64,000 bases of DNA from a virus (Duplodnaviria; Heunggongvirae; Uroviricota; Caudoviricetes). The notes beneath the pieces were generated by a model that was not told the DNA's origin, searched no databases, and was given only the letters and a program-made list of their open reading frames with translations. Below, piece after piece: positions 52,235 through 59,915 of the stretch. Where the stretch lies: IMG/VR virus record IMGVR_UViG_3300032046_000009; one strand, given 5' to 3'. Both the position numbers and the translations under genes were made by a program. The first letter of the stretch is position 1, and each line of letters starts with the position of its first letter.

Positions 52235-52652
52235 ATTTTTTTGGCTTCCTTTTATGTAGTTTCTCTCGTAAATCTTTTAAATCAAATTGTGACGGTTTGG
52301 AAACACAGAGAGAACCAATATCGCTTACTTCTTCTGAAAAACCAAATCGCCGCATTATTCGATAAATTAATGCATGTTCCAACTCGTGGCTAATTACATC
52401 ATCAACGGTTTTCAATTGGAACAAACGTTTCAAATACATTTTGTTCAACCTAATAAGGTTGTAATAAGGTGAATATTCCCCACTAATACGACTATCGAGA
52501 TTAGAAGCCCTCAAAAATACATCGTTAAAATCCACGGCATATTCTTCTCTATATTTCTTGAAGCAACATACGCACAATTCACATTTATCTATCTGTGTAT
52601 CGGGGTTATATTTTTCTTTAAGACTCTTTTTAGCTTTTTTAAGCCAGTTCAT
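52227..52652 (-). CDS. SprT-like HExxH metallopeptidase-like protein
   Basis: VISHELEHALIY. Confidence 0.6.
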   Translation of the reverse strand: MNWLKKAKKSLKEKYNPDTQIDKCELCVCCFKKYREEYAVDFNDVFLRASNLDSRISGEYSPYYNLIRLNKMYLKRLFQLKTVDDVISHELEHALIYRIMRRFGFSEEVSDIGSLCVSKPSQFDLKDLREKLHKRKPKKYA

Positions 52653-52870
52653 TTTCTTCCCTCATTTATGTGCCAAGTTGAACAGTCTATTAGAGTATGC
52701 CCATTTTCACTATATACTTCAACGTCTGCCGCAAAGTGACTGTGCCATCTCTTCTTTTTATCCTGATGCCAACCACGATGACAAACATTACAAGTATAAA
52801 GGTCGGCATCTAGTTGAACGTTATGTCTGGGATTTACTAATTCTCCTTTTCTGCAATGTGGACATATCAT
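52649..52870 (-). CDS. small Zn-ribbon protein
   Basis: CPHC..CNVCH. Confidence 0.65.
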   Translation of the reverse strand: MICPHCRKGELVNPRHNVQLDADLYTCNVCHRGWHQDKKKRWHSHFAADVEVYSENGHTLIDCSTWHINEGRK

Positions 52871-52983
52871 TTTCTCATTACCTTTACAACTTTAAGATAC
52901 CTATAGACTCTGTTATATTCTCGCCTTGCTTCCAAATATTCTTTAAGACTTTCTGAAATTATTCGTAATTCTTCATCGGTCAT
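52867..52983 (-). CDS. 38-aa protein (not in track)
   Basis: ATGA overlap downstream. Confidence 0.45.
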   Translation of the reverse strand: MTDEELRIISESLKEYLEARREYNRVYRYLKVVKVMRK

Positions 52984-53012
52984 TTCTTTCTACTCTCCAT
53001 ATATCACTATCA

Positions 53013-53297
53013 TCATCTTTTTAAATAAGAAATTTTATTATCTTCGAGAAGTTTTTGGAGATAATGTTCGTAATGTAATCCACATTTGGCACATTCTGTA
53101 ACCCAATCATAATCACTTTGCCATTTATGTTCTGGGCAATGTTCTTCACAATAGTATTTGTCTTCGTAAAGATGACAAAGATTCATAACAAGCCGTGCAT
53201 TACAAATAGTACAATTTCGAAAGGATTCTATCTCTTTCTTTTTCTGTTCCCATTCCTCATTAGAAAGATTTAATATTCCTTCAAATGTAGCTTTCAT
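53013..53297 (-). CDS. Cys/His-rich protein
   Basis: track 53013..53336 trimmed to ATGA-coupled ATG. Confidence 0.6.
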   Translation of the reverse strand: MKATFEGILNLSNEEWEQKKKEIESFRNCTICNARLVMNLCHLYEDKYYCEEHCPEHKWQSDYDWVTECAKCGLHYEHYLQKLLEDNKISYLKR

Positions 53298-53410
53298 TTT
53301 TTCTTCTCCGTCCATTCTCTGCAACTTCCCCACCATCTATGGGTGCATTCTTCATTTCCACAGGTTGCACAACAATTATACGGTCTAAAGTTAACGGGAT
53401 ACCTTCTCAT
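53294..53410 (-). CDS. 38-aa Cys protein (not in track)
   Basis: ATGA overlaps both ends; CCATCG..C. Confidence 0.45.
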   Translation of the reverse strand: MRRYPVNFRPYNCCATCGNEECTHRWWGSCREWTEKKK

Positions 53411-54525
53411 TTCTTTCTTCGCTCCATGTAATCTTCATAGAATGTGAACAAGTTTCCACGACTTGAGTAGAGATGTTTTCGGCATTCTTCTGAAACGGCT
53501 TTAGCAATAAGTGGCATATCATGTTTTGGTGTACCATCTAATCCAAAGTCCGCTTCGACATGGCTTATTGCACCCATGATTTCGCTCTCTGGAATTTGTG
53601 GTAACTTTGGCGGTCCCTCTCGTATCCGTTCGACTATTGGCTTTGGAATATCTAGTTTCACTTTTGCTTGAATATACTCTCCTTCTTTATCGAATGTTTT
53701 CAGTACCATACCTTCATCTTTGCCGTAATCCTTTTCGGTGTTACAGTATTCCAGAACGTGATTAGAAAACTTTATCAAATCCTTTATTGTTCTGTGTCTT
53801 GTTGATGCGTAAAGCTGGACAACTGGAATTTTAGAGTGATAACAATATTGATATACCTGTGTATAAGGAAGGAAATTCTTGAGTGCGGTATCGTAGATGT
53901 CAACAACGAACAGGATAGGCTTTTCATACCTTCTTATCCCTGTGACGCTTGCACCTTTGGCACATTCTTCTACAATTACTCTGAATGTTGGATTAGCTTC
54001 GATTAGTGCTACGATTTTCTCATAATCCTCTACACAATCTTTTCTTACTCTGGCTTGAATATCCTTAGCGGCTATCTCTTGATTATGACTTGATATGACA
54101 AACTCGAACTGTTTCCGCGTATGTGGTTTCTTTCTCTTCCATATGGTAACATTTTCACCATCTTCTTTTATTGTCCATTGAAGTCTAAGTCCGAGCAATG
54201 ACCTTCTAAGTCTGGCATTAGTTGTCAAAATAGGAATATGAGGGTAGTGTTCCCACGGAAGTTCTTTTTGGCGTTTCTTTGTTCCAGTAAAGAATGGAGA
54301 TATACATATGGCTGGTTTATCGAAATCAACCTTAACAGATTCCTTAACCAACTTTCTCAGTTTTGCATTATTACATCTAGTATCAATCAATTCTTTAGCT
54401 TTAGGGTCCCATTCGAATCCTTCTGGAATCTTTCGTGGTTTTCTCATCTTCTTTCCTAATTTCTCCAACCTTTTGAATACTTTGGAAGGTTTCCAGATTT
54501 CGTCTGGATTATCTGCGCCTGTCAT
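53407..54525 (-). CDS. ATP-dependent RNA/DNA ligase (nucleotidyltransferase superfamily)
   Basis: motif I KEDGEN, motif IV EGMVLK, motif V AKVK. Confidence 0.7.
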   Translation of the reverse strand: MTGADNPDEIWKPSKVFKRLEKLGKKMRKPRKIPEGFEWDPKAKELIDTRCNNAKLRKLVKESVKVDFDKPAICISPFFTGTKKRQKELPWEHYPHIPILTTNARLRRSLLGLRLQWTIKEDGENVTIWKRKKPHTRKQFEFVISSHNQEIAAKDIQARVRKDCVEDYEKIVALIEANPTFRVIVEECAKGASVTGIRRYEKPILFVVDIYDTALKNFLPYTQVYQYCYHSKIPVVQLYASTRHRTIKDLIKFSNHVLEYCNTEKDYGKDEGMVLKTFDKEGEYIQAKVKLDIPKPIVERIREGPPKLPQIPESEIMGAISHVEADFGLDGTPKHDMPLIAKAVSEECRKHLYSSRGNLFTFYEDYMERRKK

Positions 54526-55238
54526 TACTTCTCAGCCTTTTGTGCTTTCTCAAGTTTCTTTTTCAGTTCGGCTATGTGAGCGTCTTTCTTCTTTACTTCT
54601 TCTATGATTTTTGCAGTTTCGGGGTCAATCAATGGTATCATTTCTTCTTTTGTGGGTATCATAGTTTCTGGTTTCTTAAATTGTTCGGCTAGTTTTGCTT
54701 GGCGTTCAGCTTCCATTGCGGCACGTTCTTTCTTCTGTAGTTCATATGCTTCCGCTTTTCTAGTTTCCTGATAGTCTGTCTGGGTTTTTCTGAAAATTTC
54801 ATATTTGTAAATATCAGCGTTACTTATCGAATCTGGAACCACCTTTATGTCATCAGGCACACCCATTGCAATTTTTCGTTCACGATTCTTGGTAGCTTGT
54901 TCGCTTCTAATTTGCCAATTACGACATTTCTGGCACATTGATTTCTCTGGAATCATAACATTGTCAACCTCTGTGTTCGGTTCCTTTATTAGTCTTTTTC
55001 CTTTTTCTTCGAGACTTCGAGTTGAACCCTCAATTTTTGTGCCCATACTATTCCATTCGGTTGGAACAGTTTTACGAAATACCTTCTTACATTTAGGGCA
55101 ACCAAAAATATTCCCATCAATAGACTTCGCCAATTCTGTTTTGTCGTCAGGGCAAGTATGTTTCTTGAAGACGTAAACCTTCAACATTGTTACGAAATAA
55201 TCTTGTCCACATGATGAACATTTCTGTTTTTGTTTCAT
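54525..55238 (-). CDS. Zn-ribbon protein with coiled-coil tail
   Basis: CSSCG, CPKC, CQKC; TATA 55274-55281. Confidence 0.7.
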   Translation of the reverse strand: MKQKQKCSSCGQDYFVTMLKVYVFKKHTCPDDKTELAKSIDGNIFGCPKCKKVFRKTVPTEWNSMGTKIEGSTRSLEEKGKRLIKEPNTEVDNVMIPEKSMCQKCRNWQIRSEQATKNRERKIAMGVPDDIKVVPDSISNADIYKYEIFRKTQTDYQETRKAEAYELQKKERAAMEAERQAKLAEQFKKPETMIPTKEEMIPLIDPETAKIIEEVKKKDAHIAELKKKLEKAQKAEK

Positions 55239-55303
55239 ATTTCAATCACTATAAAGGTATTACGCACTCGTCCTATTTAAACTTTGCGTCAGAAACTCCA
55301 TGC

Positions 55304-55483
55304 TCAACTTCTAATCAATGAGAGGGTCAACCATTCATTGACGAGAACCATAATGTCATCTGGGTATTTTGGAAACTCTGGAATATCTAAAAATAGAAAC
55401 AACTCGATAAAGAAGTAAGGCTTTCGGTCTGTCCAATAAATTCTTTGAACCATCGAAGGACGTATTCTAAGTTCTTTTATCAA
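55304..55483 (-). CDS. 59-aa protein (not in track)
   Basis: TTG in JM variant TTCGATTGA; stop in TTGAGCATGG. Confidence 0.5.
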   Translation of the reverse strand: MIKELRIRPSMVQRIYWTDRKPYFFIELFLFLDIPEFPKYPDDIMVLVNEWLTLSLIRS

Positions 55484-55659
55484 TCGAACTTCACCTTTTC
55501 AGACTCTACACGAACTTTATAACAGTCATCAAATGCATGGGGATTCTCAATATACGAACGAGTTTTCTTCCAACATTTTCTACAGAAACATTCTTTGGTT
55601 CTACAGTCTTTAAACTTGGCATCACATTCGAATTCGATACCGCAATTAAGGCATTTCAA
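55480..55659 (-). CDS. 59-aa 8-Cys protein (family A; not in track)
   Basis: MKCLNCGIEFEC..CFCRKC; ends EKVKFD. Confidence 0.6.
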   Translation of the reverse strand: MKCLNCGIEFECDAKFKDCRTKECFCRKCWKKTRSYIENPHAFDDCYKVRVESEKVKFD

Positions 55660-55805
55660 TCGAATTGGACCTTCTCTATTTTATGAAAATAGTTGTAATA
55701 TTCGTGAGCAAGTCGTACAAACCATCTCATACATGCTCTATGATTACTACCACATTGAGTGGTCGGTGGTGGTATTATACATCCCCATGTATTTTTTGGT
55801 TTCAT
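55656..55805 (-). CDS. 49-aa protein (not in track)
   Basis: ATG in JM 55802; ends EKVQFD. Confidence 0.5.
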   Translation of the reverse strand: MKPKNTWGCIIPPPTTQCGSNHRACMRWFVRLAHEYYNYFHKIEKVQFD

Positions 55806-55948
55806 GTGAACGTAACCTTTTCTTCTTCTACAAATTTAATTGCCATCATAATAAAACGAGTGTACCATCCTAAAGCCGCTCTGCATTTGTTATTTCCAAG
55901 TCGAAATTTGTGATTATGGATTTGCCTATATAATTTTGTTTGAGCCAT
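55802..55948 (-). CDS. 48-aa protein (not in track)
   Basis: ends EKVTFT; 23-nt overlap with upstream gene. Confidence 0.4.
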   Translation of the reverse strand: MAQTKLYRQIHNHKFRLGNNKCRAALGWYTRFIMMAIKFVEEEKVTFT

Positions 55949-56618
55949 CCCGCCATTCCCTCAGTCCGTAACTTTTGTTTGCCTTAATGAACACGAGTGG
56001 ACCGTGGGTATAACTCATTTCCTTAACTTCTCTTTGCAATCTTGGAATCAGATTAAGTTTATCTTGAACGGTCCATTCTGATTTTTGAGCGGCTTGAATA
56101 TCTTTCTTAATAAGGGCATCAGCCATAATGTTGACACAGCATATCTCACCACATTGTATAAGTCTGTCAGTCACGACATGAGTTAATTCGTTAAGTTCTT
56201 CTCCTGTAAAATCATTCACCGTAAAGTGTGAATTAACATTAATCATATGTGGTTGGTCTTTGAAAATAATTTTCGTCCTATATTGCCATTTCTTCCACCA
56301 CGACTGAACCCAAAAATGAACAAATTCCTCTGTGTCTTTTATATCTTGCAAATTTTTGGTTACGCCAAAATTTTCTACAATTAATGATATAATCTCTTCC
56401 ATGATTACTTGTTGCGAAGGTAGAAACTCTTGAGATATTTGTTTATCAACACTCATATGGTTTCTGTCAAGATATTCAGTATAATTCTTAAAGTCTTCAA
56501 TGCAGATTTCATAAACCTTTCGGTCTTCGCCAGTAAGACTTAGCAATGGACAAATTTCAGCTAGATTATTGAAAATTAACGTGTTAATCCAAAATCTCAT
56601 ATCTATATTAAGAGCCAT
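55926..56618 (-). CDS. hypothetical protein
   Basis: 230 aa; TATA 56658-56665. Confidence 0.7.
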   Translation of the reverse strand: MALNIDMRFWINTLIFNNLAEICPLLSLTGEDRKVYEICIEDFKNYTEYLDRNHMSVDKQISQEFLPSQQVIMEEIISLIVENFGVTKNLQDIKDTEEFVHFWVQSWWKKWQYRTKIIFKDQPHMINVNSHFTVNDFTGEELNELTHVVTDRLIQCGEICCVNIMADALIKKDIQAAQKSEWTVQDKLNLIPRLQREVKEMSYTHGPLVFIKANKSYGLREWRDGSNKII

Positions 56619-56792
56619 TATACATCAATACTCCAACTACTATAATCTCTCCGTCCCTTATAAACCTTACGCTAGAATAACCATGCTCAATTTAAAGGTT
56701 ATGATGCCAGTTAATCAACTGATTAAAATATTGGTTTTGATAACCTTCTCCGCCGTTTTCCCATGCTTTCAACATGCTTTATAATATAGTTA

Positions 56793-57068
56793 TCAAACTT
56801 TAGTTCTGATTTTTTTCTGCTTGGCGTGAAACTTTTTGTGACATTTTGTGTGAGCCAATACTAGATATTCAGGAGAATAAGAAACATGGTGAATATCAAC
56901 TTTGTCCCTTCCATCAATCGGAAAATCGGATGCATCAAAAGGCAAACCACAAAAGTAGCATATTGTTGGATTAGACCTTTGCATTATAGAAATTATGTTT
57001 ATCATGCGTTCTTTAAAAAGAAATGTGCGATAGGACTTAGAAATCTTCTTCGTCTTTTTGCTCTTCAA
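56793..57068 (-). CDS. HNH endonuclease
   Basis: CYFCG..DIHH..H..CH..H. Confidence 0.65.
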   Translation of the reverse strand: MKSKKTKKISKSYRTFLFKERMINIISIMQRSNPTICYFCGLPFDASDFPIDGRDKVDIHHVSYSPEYLVLAHTKCHKKFHAKQKKIRTKV

Positions 57069-57297
57069 GTTTCTTACCTCTAAGTTTGTATTCGGTTTCT
57101 ACTGGATTTTCTCCGAACCTAGCTTTATCGGAAAGTATTTCTTCCATAGTTGATTTGGGACTATCACCAGTTTCCCAATCCTTATCTGCAATACGCTCCC
57201 AGCATTTGGCACATACACCTATTTGACCCTTCTTTTTCCAAGTTATATAAACAATGGCTGGGTCTTCGAGAGTCTTGCACCGAACGTGAAGTTTCAT
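57037..57297 (-). CDS. small Zn-binding protein
   Basis: track 57037..57315 trimmed to ATG 1 nt after upstream TGA. Confidence 0.55.
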   Translation of the reverse strand: MKLHVRCKTLEDPAIVYITWKKKGQIGVCAKCWERIADKDWETGDSPKSTMEEILSDKARFGENPVETEYKLRGKKLEEQKDEEDF

Positions 57298-57298
57298 T

Positions 57299-57475
57299 TC
57301 ATTTACTTGGCACATTGAGTTCTTTTTCTCCTAAAGTCCATTCTAACAAATCTATGTAACTTTTCAAAATATGGAACATCGCCCACTCGTGGTCAACTTT
57401 AGCTTTTTCTCTCAACTTCTTGAAAGAATCAATCATCATATGAATTTCTTCAACAGTTTTTCTCTTATACGCCAT
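57299..57475 (-). CDS. 58-aa protein (not in track)
   Basis: hand translation MAYKRKTVEE.. Confidence 0.45.
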   Translation of the reverse strand: MAYKRKTVEEIHMMIDSFKKLREKAKVDHEWAMFHILKSYIDLLEWTLGEKELNVPSK

Positions 57476-57821
57476 AATGAAGTTGCTCCTGTAGTTTGAC
57501 TAAGAAACTAATCCAATTCTCATGATTCTTCATTGAACGAGTTGCACAATGAGAAAGTTCCTCAACCAAGACAGCACTCATGAATTGACTTATTCCGACC
57601 ATATCCTCTGGACAGTCATGCATCTTCTTAGCCATATAAAGATTCATCGTCACCAAGTTAATAGGCTTTGCATAGAATGTATTTCCAGATTGAAGTCTTT
57701 TGTTCCAGACCCAGATAATATAGGGGTCTTCATCTATATCAGGTTCTTTGAATATATACTTGTCTTTTATTCGTATTGTCTTTATCTGTGGTGCATTAGG
57801 AAAATTCAATTCAAGAGGCAT
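57465..57821 (-). CDS. hypothetical protein
   Basis: track 57465..57863 trimmed to MPLELNF. Confidence 0.6.
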   Translation of the reverse strand: MPLELNFPNAPQIKTIRIKDKYIFKEPDIDEDPYIIWVWNKRLQSGNTFYAKPINLVTMNLYMAKKMHDCPEDMVGISQFMSAVLVEELSHCATRSMKNHENWISFLVKLQEQLHYGV

Positions 57822-58125
57822 TTTTTTCTTCCTTCTCTTTTGGTACTTCTTGCATAGGACCACCTTGCCATTCTACTTTATCCTTCTTTGGTCGCCCACG
57901 CTTTCGTTTCTCAAGAGTTTCCCCAATTTCCATCTGAATGTCTTTGTCTGCTTTCCACTCAGTTTTTGGATAAATTTTAGCAAAACATTCTCTATTAAAA
58001 GTAGCCAAGCAAACTCTGAATGTGCATTTACATTTAGGACATTCAAGTAAACCTTCTGGACCTTTATTCTCTTCTTTGAGTTGAAGTTCTGCGTTACAAT
58101 GTGGACAATGAATGGTTACTGGCAT
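57811..58125 (-). CDS. Zn-ribbon protein with basic tail
   Basis: track trimmed to TAATG-coupled ATG; CPHC..CPKC. Confidence 0.6.
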   Translation of the reverse strand: MPVTIHCPHCNAELQLKEENKGPEGLLECPKCKCTFRVCLATFNRECFAKIYPKTEWKADKDIQMEIGETLEKRKRGRPKKDKVEWQGGPMQEVPKEKEEKNAS

Positions 58126-58514
58126 TATTGTATCAATCCTTCCTTTGCTAATTTCTTTGCTTCTCTCCAATTCGTTTTGAGCAATTTTCGTTTGCATTCC
58201 GCACAATTATCTACGCTGTCGTCATTTCCTAACTCATAAGTGTTTCCTAGATATAGCCAACGTCCGCAAAGCGCACGATGTTCCTTGACATAATGTGCCT
58301 TTTTGCTATTAAGAAACCAAACCCATCCTTCCTTAAGTGGTGCTGGTTGTCTCCAATCGTCACCAACCCGATAACCACATTTACGACATTCCATCTTTGT
58401 ATAAGTTTCTGAAACATATGTAAGTTTGACTTCTATTGAGCCGCACTTCGGACATTTCTCTTGATTGATAGGAAGAACTGGCTTGATTGTTGGTACTTTC
58501 GGTATTTCTGGCAT
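58125..58514 (-). CDS. Zn-ribbon protein
   Basis: CPKCG..CRKCG..CAEC. Confidence 0.65.
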   Translation of the reverse strand: MPEIPKVPTIKPVLPINQEKCPKCGSIEVKLTYVSETYTKMECRKCGYRVGDDWRQPAPLKEGWVWFLNSKKAHYVKEHRALCGRWLYLGNTYELGNDDSVDNCAECKRKLLKTNWREAKKLAKEGLIQ

Positions 58515-58681
58515 TATTCATTAACCTCTACTGATTTGGCTCCCATAACGATATAGGCTTTGAATGCTTCATTTATTTCCCTAAGAGCTTGTTCCATTAT
58601 CCAAAGATTATAGGATTCGCCTATTTTTCTTTGTGCCCATCTTCTCAAGCTCTCGTAATCCCTTATAGTTATTTTACCCAT
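58514..58681 (-). CDS. 55-aa protein (not in track)
   Basis: TAATG overlap; TATA 58715-58722. Confidence 0.5.
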   Translation of the reverse strand: MGKITIRDYESLRRWAQRKIGESYNLWIMEQALREINEAFKAYIVMGAKSVEVNE

Positions 58682-58744
58682 TTTTAGGTCACTATCCTAT
58701 TATATCAGTCGTCCTATATAAATCTTGCGTAAAAAACACCATGC

Positions 58745-59680
58745 TCAATATTTGAAATCTTTCACATAGGTAGCCCACGGACGGTTTTTTGCCGTTTCAT
58801 TAGACATAGCACCCAAATGAGCGAACTTTATTCTGAAATCAAGATGAACTGAATATCCCAAACTACCAGCTAAAAGACAAAATCCAAAGTCTTCGCTTGC
58901 CCCCTCTTCTTGTTTAGCCAAATCATGGCGTATAGGAACAAAATTCAATCTTTTATCATTAAGAATTTTTCTGCTTAACGCCAAAGCACCAGCACTTGTG
59001 CAAGTCGCTTTGTATATCTTTCCCTCGTCATAATCTTGATATTTAAAGCCGAGAACATTAAGATTAAGTTGTCTGGCTTTTCTTATCTCTTTTGCAATTC
59101 CTCGTTTTATAATCGGAACAGTCCCTTTCGGCATGTCCTTAATAGGAGCATCAATAGACCATACGGTTGCTACCATAGTTTCTTGTGGAAAATCCCTAGT
59201 ATATGACCCGCCACAAATATCGAGATTATTGTCGTAATAAATATTATCCAAAAACCTTTGAATAAAATCTTTATCCTGTGGGATACAGTCATCATCGAGA
59301 AATATCGCTATGTTTGCACCAAATGTTCTTGCCCGTGTTAAAAGCAGTTGACGAACATTAGCTATTGGCTCATAAGGTTGTCCCTTAGCGGCATCTTCTT
59401 TGAACCAAATACGAATAACTTCGTGTGGCAACTGAAACTTTTCAATCAGTTCAAGAGTATTATCTACGCTATTGTTTTCGCAGAAGATGACTTTTTCAGG
59501 CTGTGGGTCTAAGCGATAAAGTGCTCGTTCGAAAACTTTCCAGCAACGTCTTGTAGTATTGTAAATAGGCACAAGAAGAACTACATCTTTAGCTACTTTC
59601 CCTAAAAATGGGGTATCATCTCTAACCCAAAGAAGAGTGAAAGAAACTTTGAAGCCCTCAATTTCTATTAGTGGCAACAT
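58745..59680 (-). CDS. family 2 glycosyltransferase
   Basis: LLVPIYN..NNSVDNT..FLDDDC. Confidence 0.7.
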   Translation of the reverse strand: MLPLIEIEGFKVSFTLLWVRDDTPFLGKVAKDVVLLVPIYNTTRRCWKVFERALYRLDPQPEKVIFCENNSVDNTLELIEKFQLPHEVIRIWFKEDAAKGQPYEPIANVRQLLLTRARTFGANIAIFLDDDCIPQDKDFIQRFLDNIYYDNNLDICGGSYTRDFPQETMVATVWSIDAPIKDMPKGTVPIIKRGIAKEIRKARQLNLNVLGFKYQDYDEGKIYKATCTSAGALALSRKILNDKRLNFVPIRHDLAKQEEGASEDFGFCLLAGSLGYSVHLDFRIKFAHLGAMSNETAKNRPWATYVKDFKY

Positions 59681-59915
59681 TGATTATTTTTCTTCCCCAT
59701 TGTATTCTATTCCATCCACGTTCATTGAAATAGGTAATAGCATAACAAAGTCCTTCTATCCCAATTGCTACGCCTAAAGATTCCGCTGGACGTTGGAAGA
59801 TAAGGTCGAGAACTATGAAGTCAAATACTACTTCCAACATCTTTGCGGTTACACCTTTAAGGACTGTACGCAAACGACTTTCGCAGACCTTATGCTCGTG
59901 GTCGCATTTGGACAT
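59658..59915 (-). CDS. hypothetical protein
   Basis: track 59658..59966 trimmed to MSKCDHEH. Confidence 0.5.
   Translation of the reverse strand: MSKCDHEHKVCESRLRTVLKGVTAKMLEVVFDFIVLDLIFQRPAESLGVAIGIEGLCYAITYFNERGWNRIQWGRKIINVATNRN

Noticed and set aside
1679-56726. TTAATCA-NN-TGATTAA read as a simple intrinsic terminator hairpin
   Set aside because: The full 7-bp stem leaves a 2-nt loop, the stem is nearly all A-U, and on the coding strand the T-run precedes rather than follows it. Its positions around TATA boxes fit an operator better.
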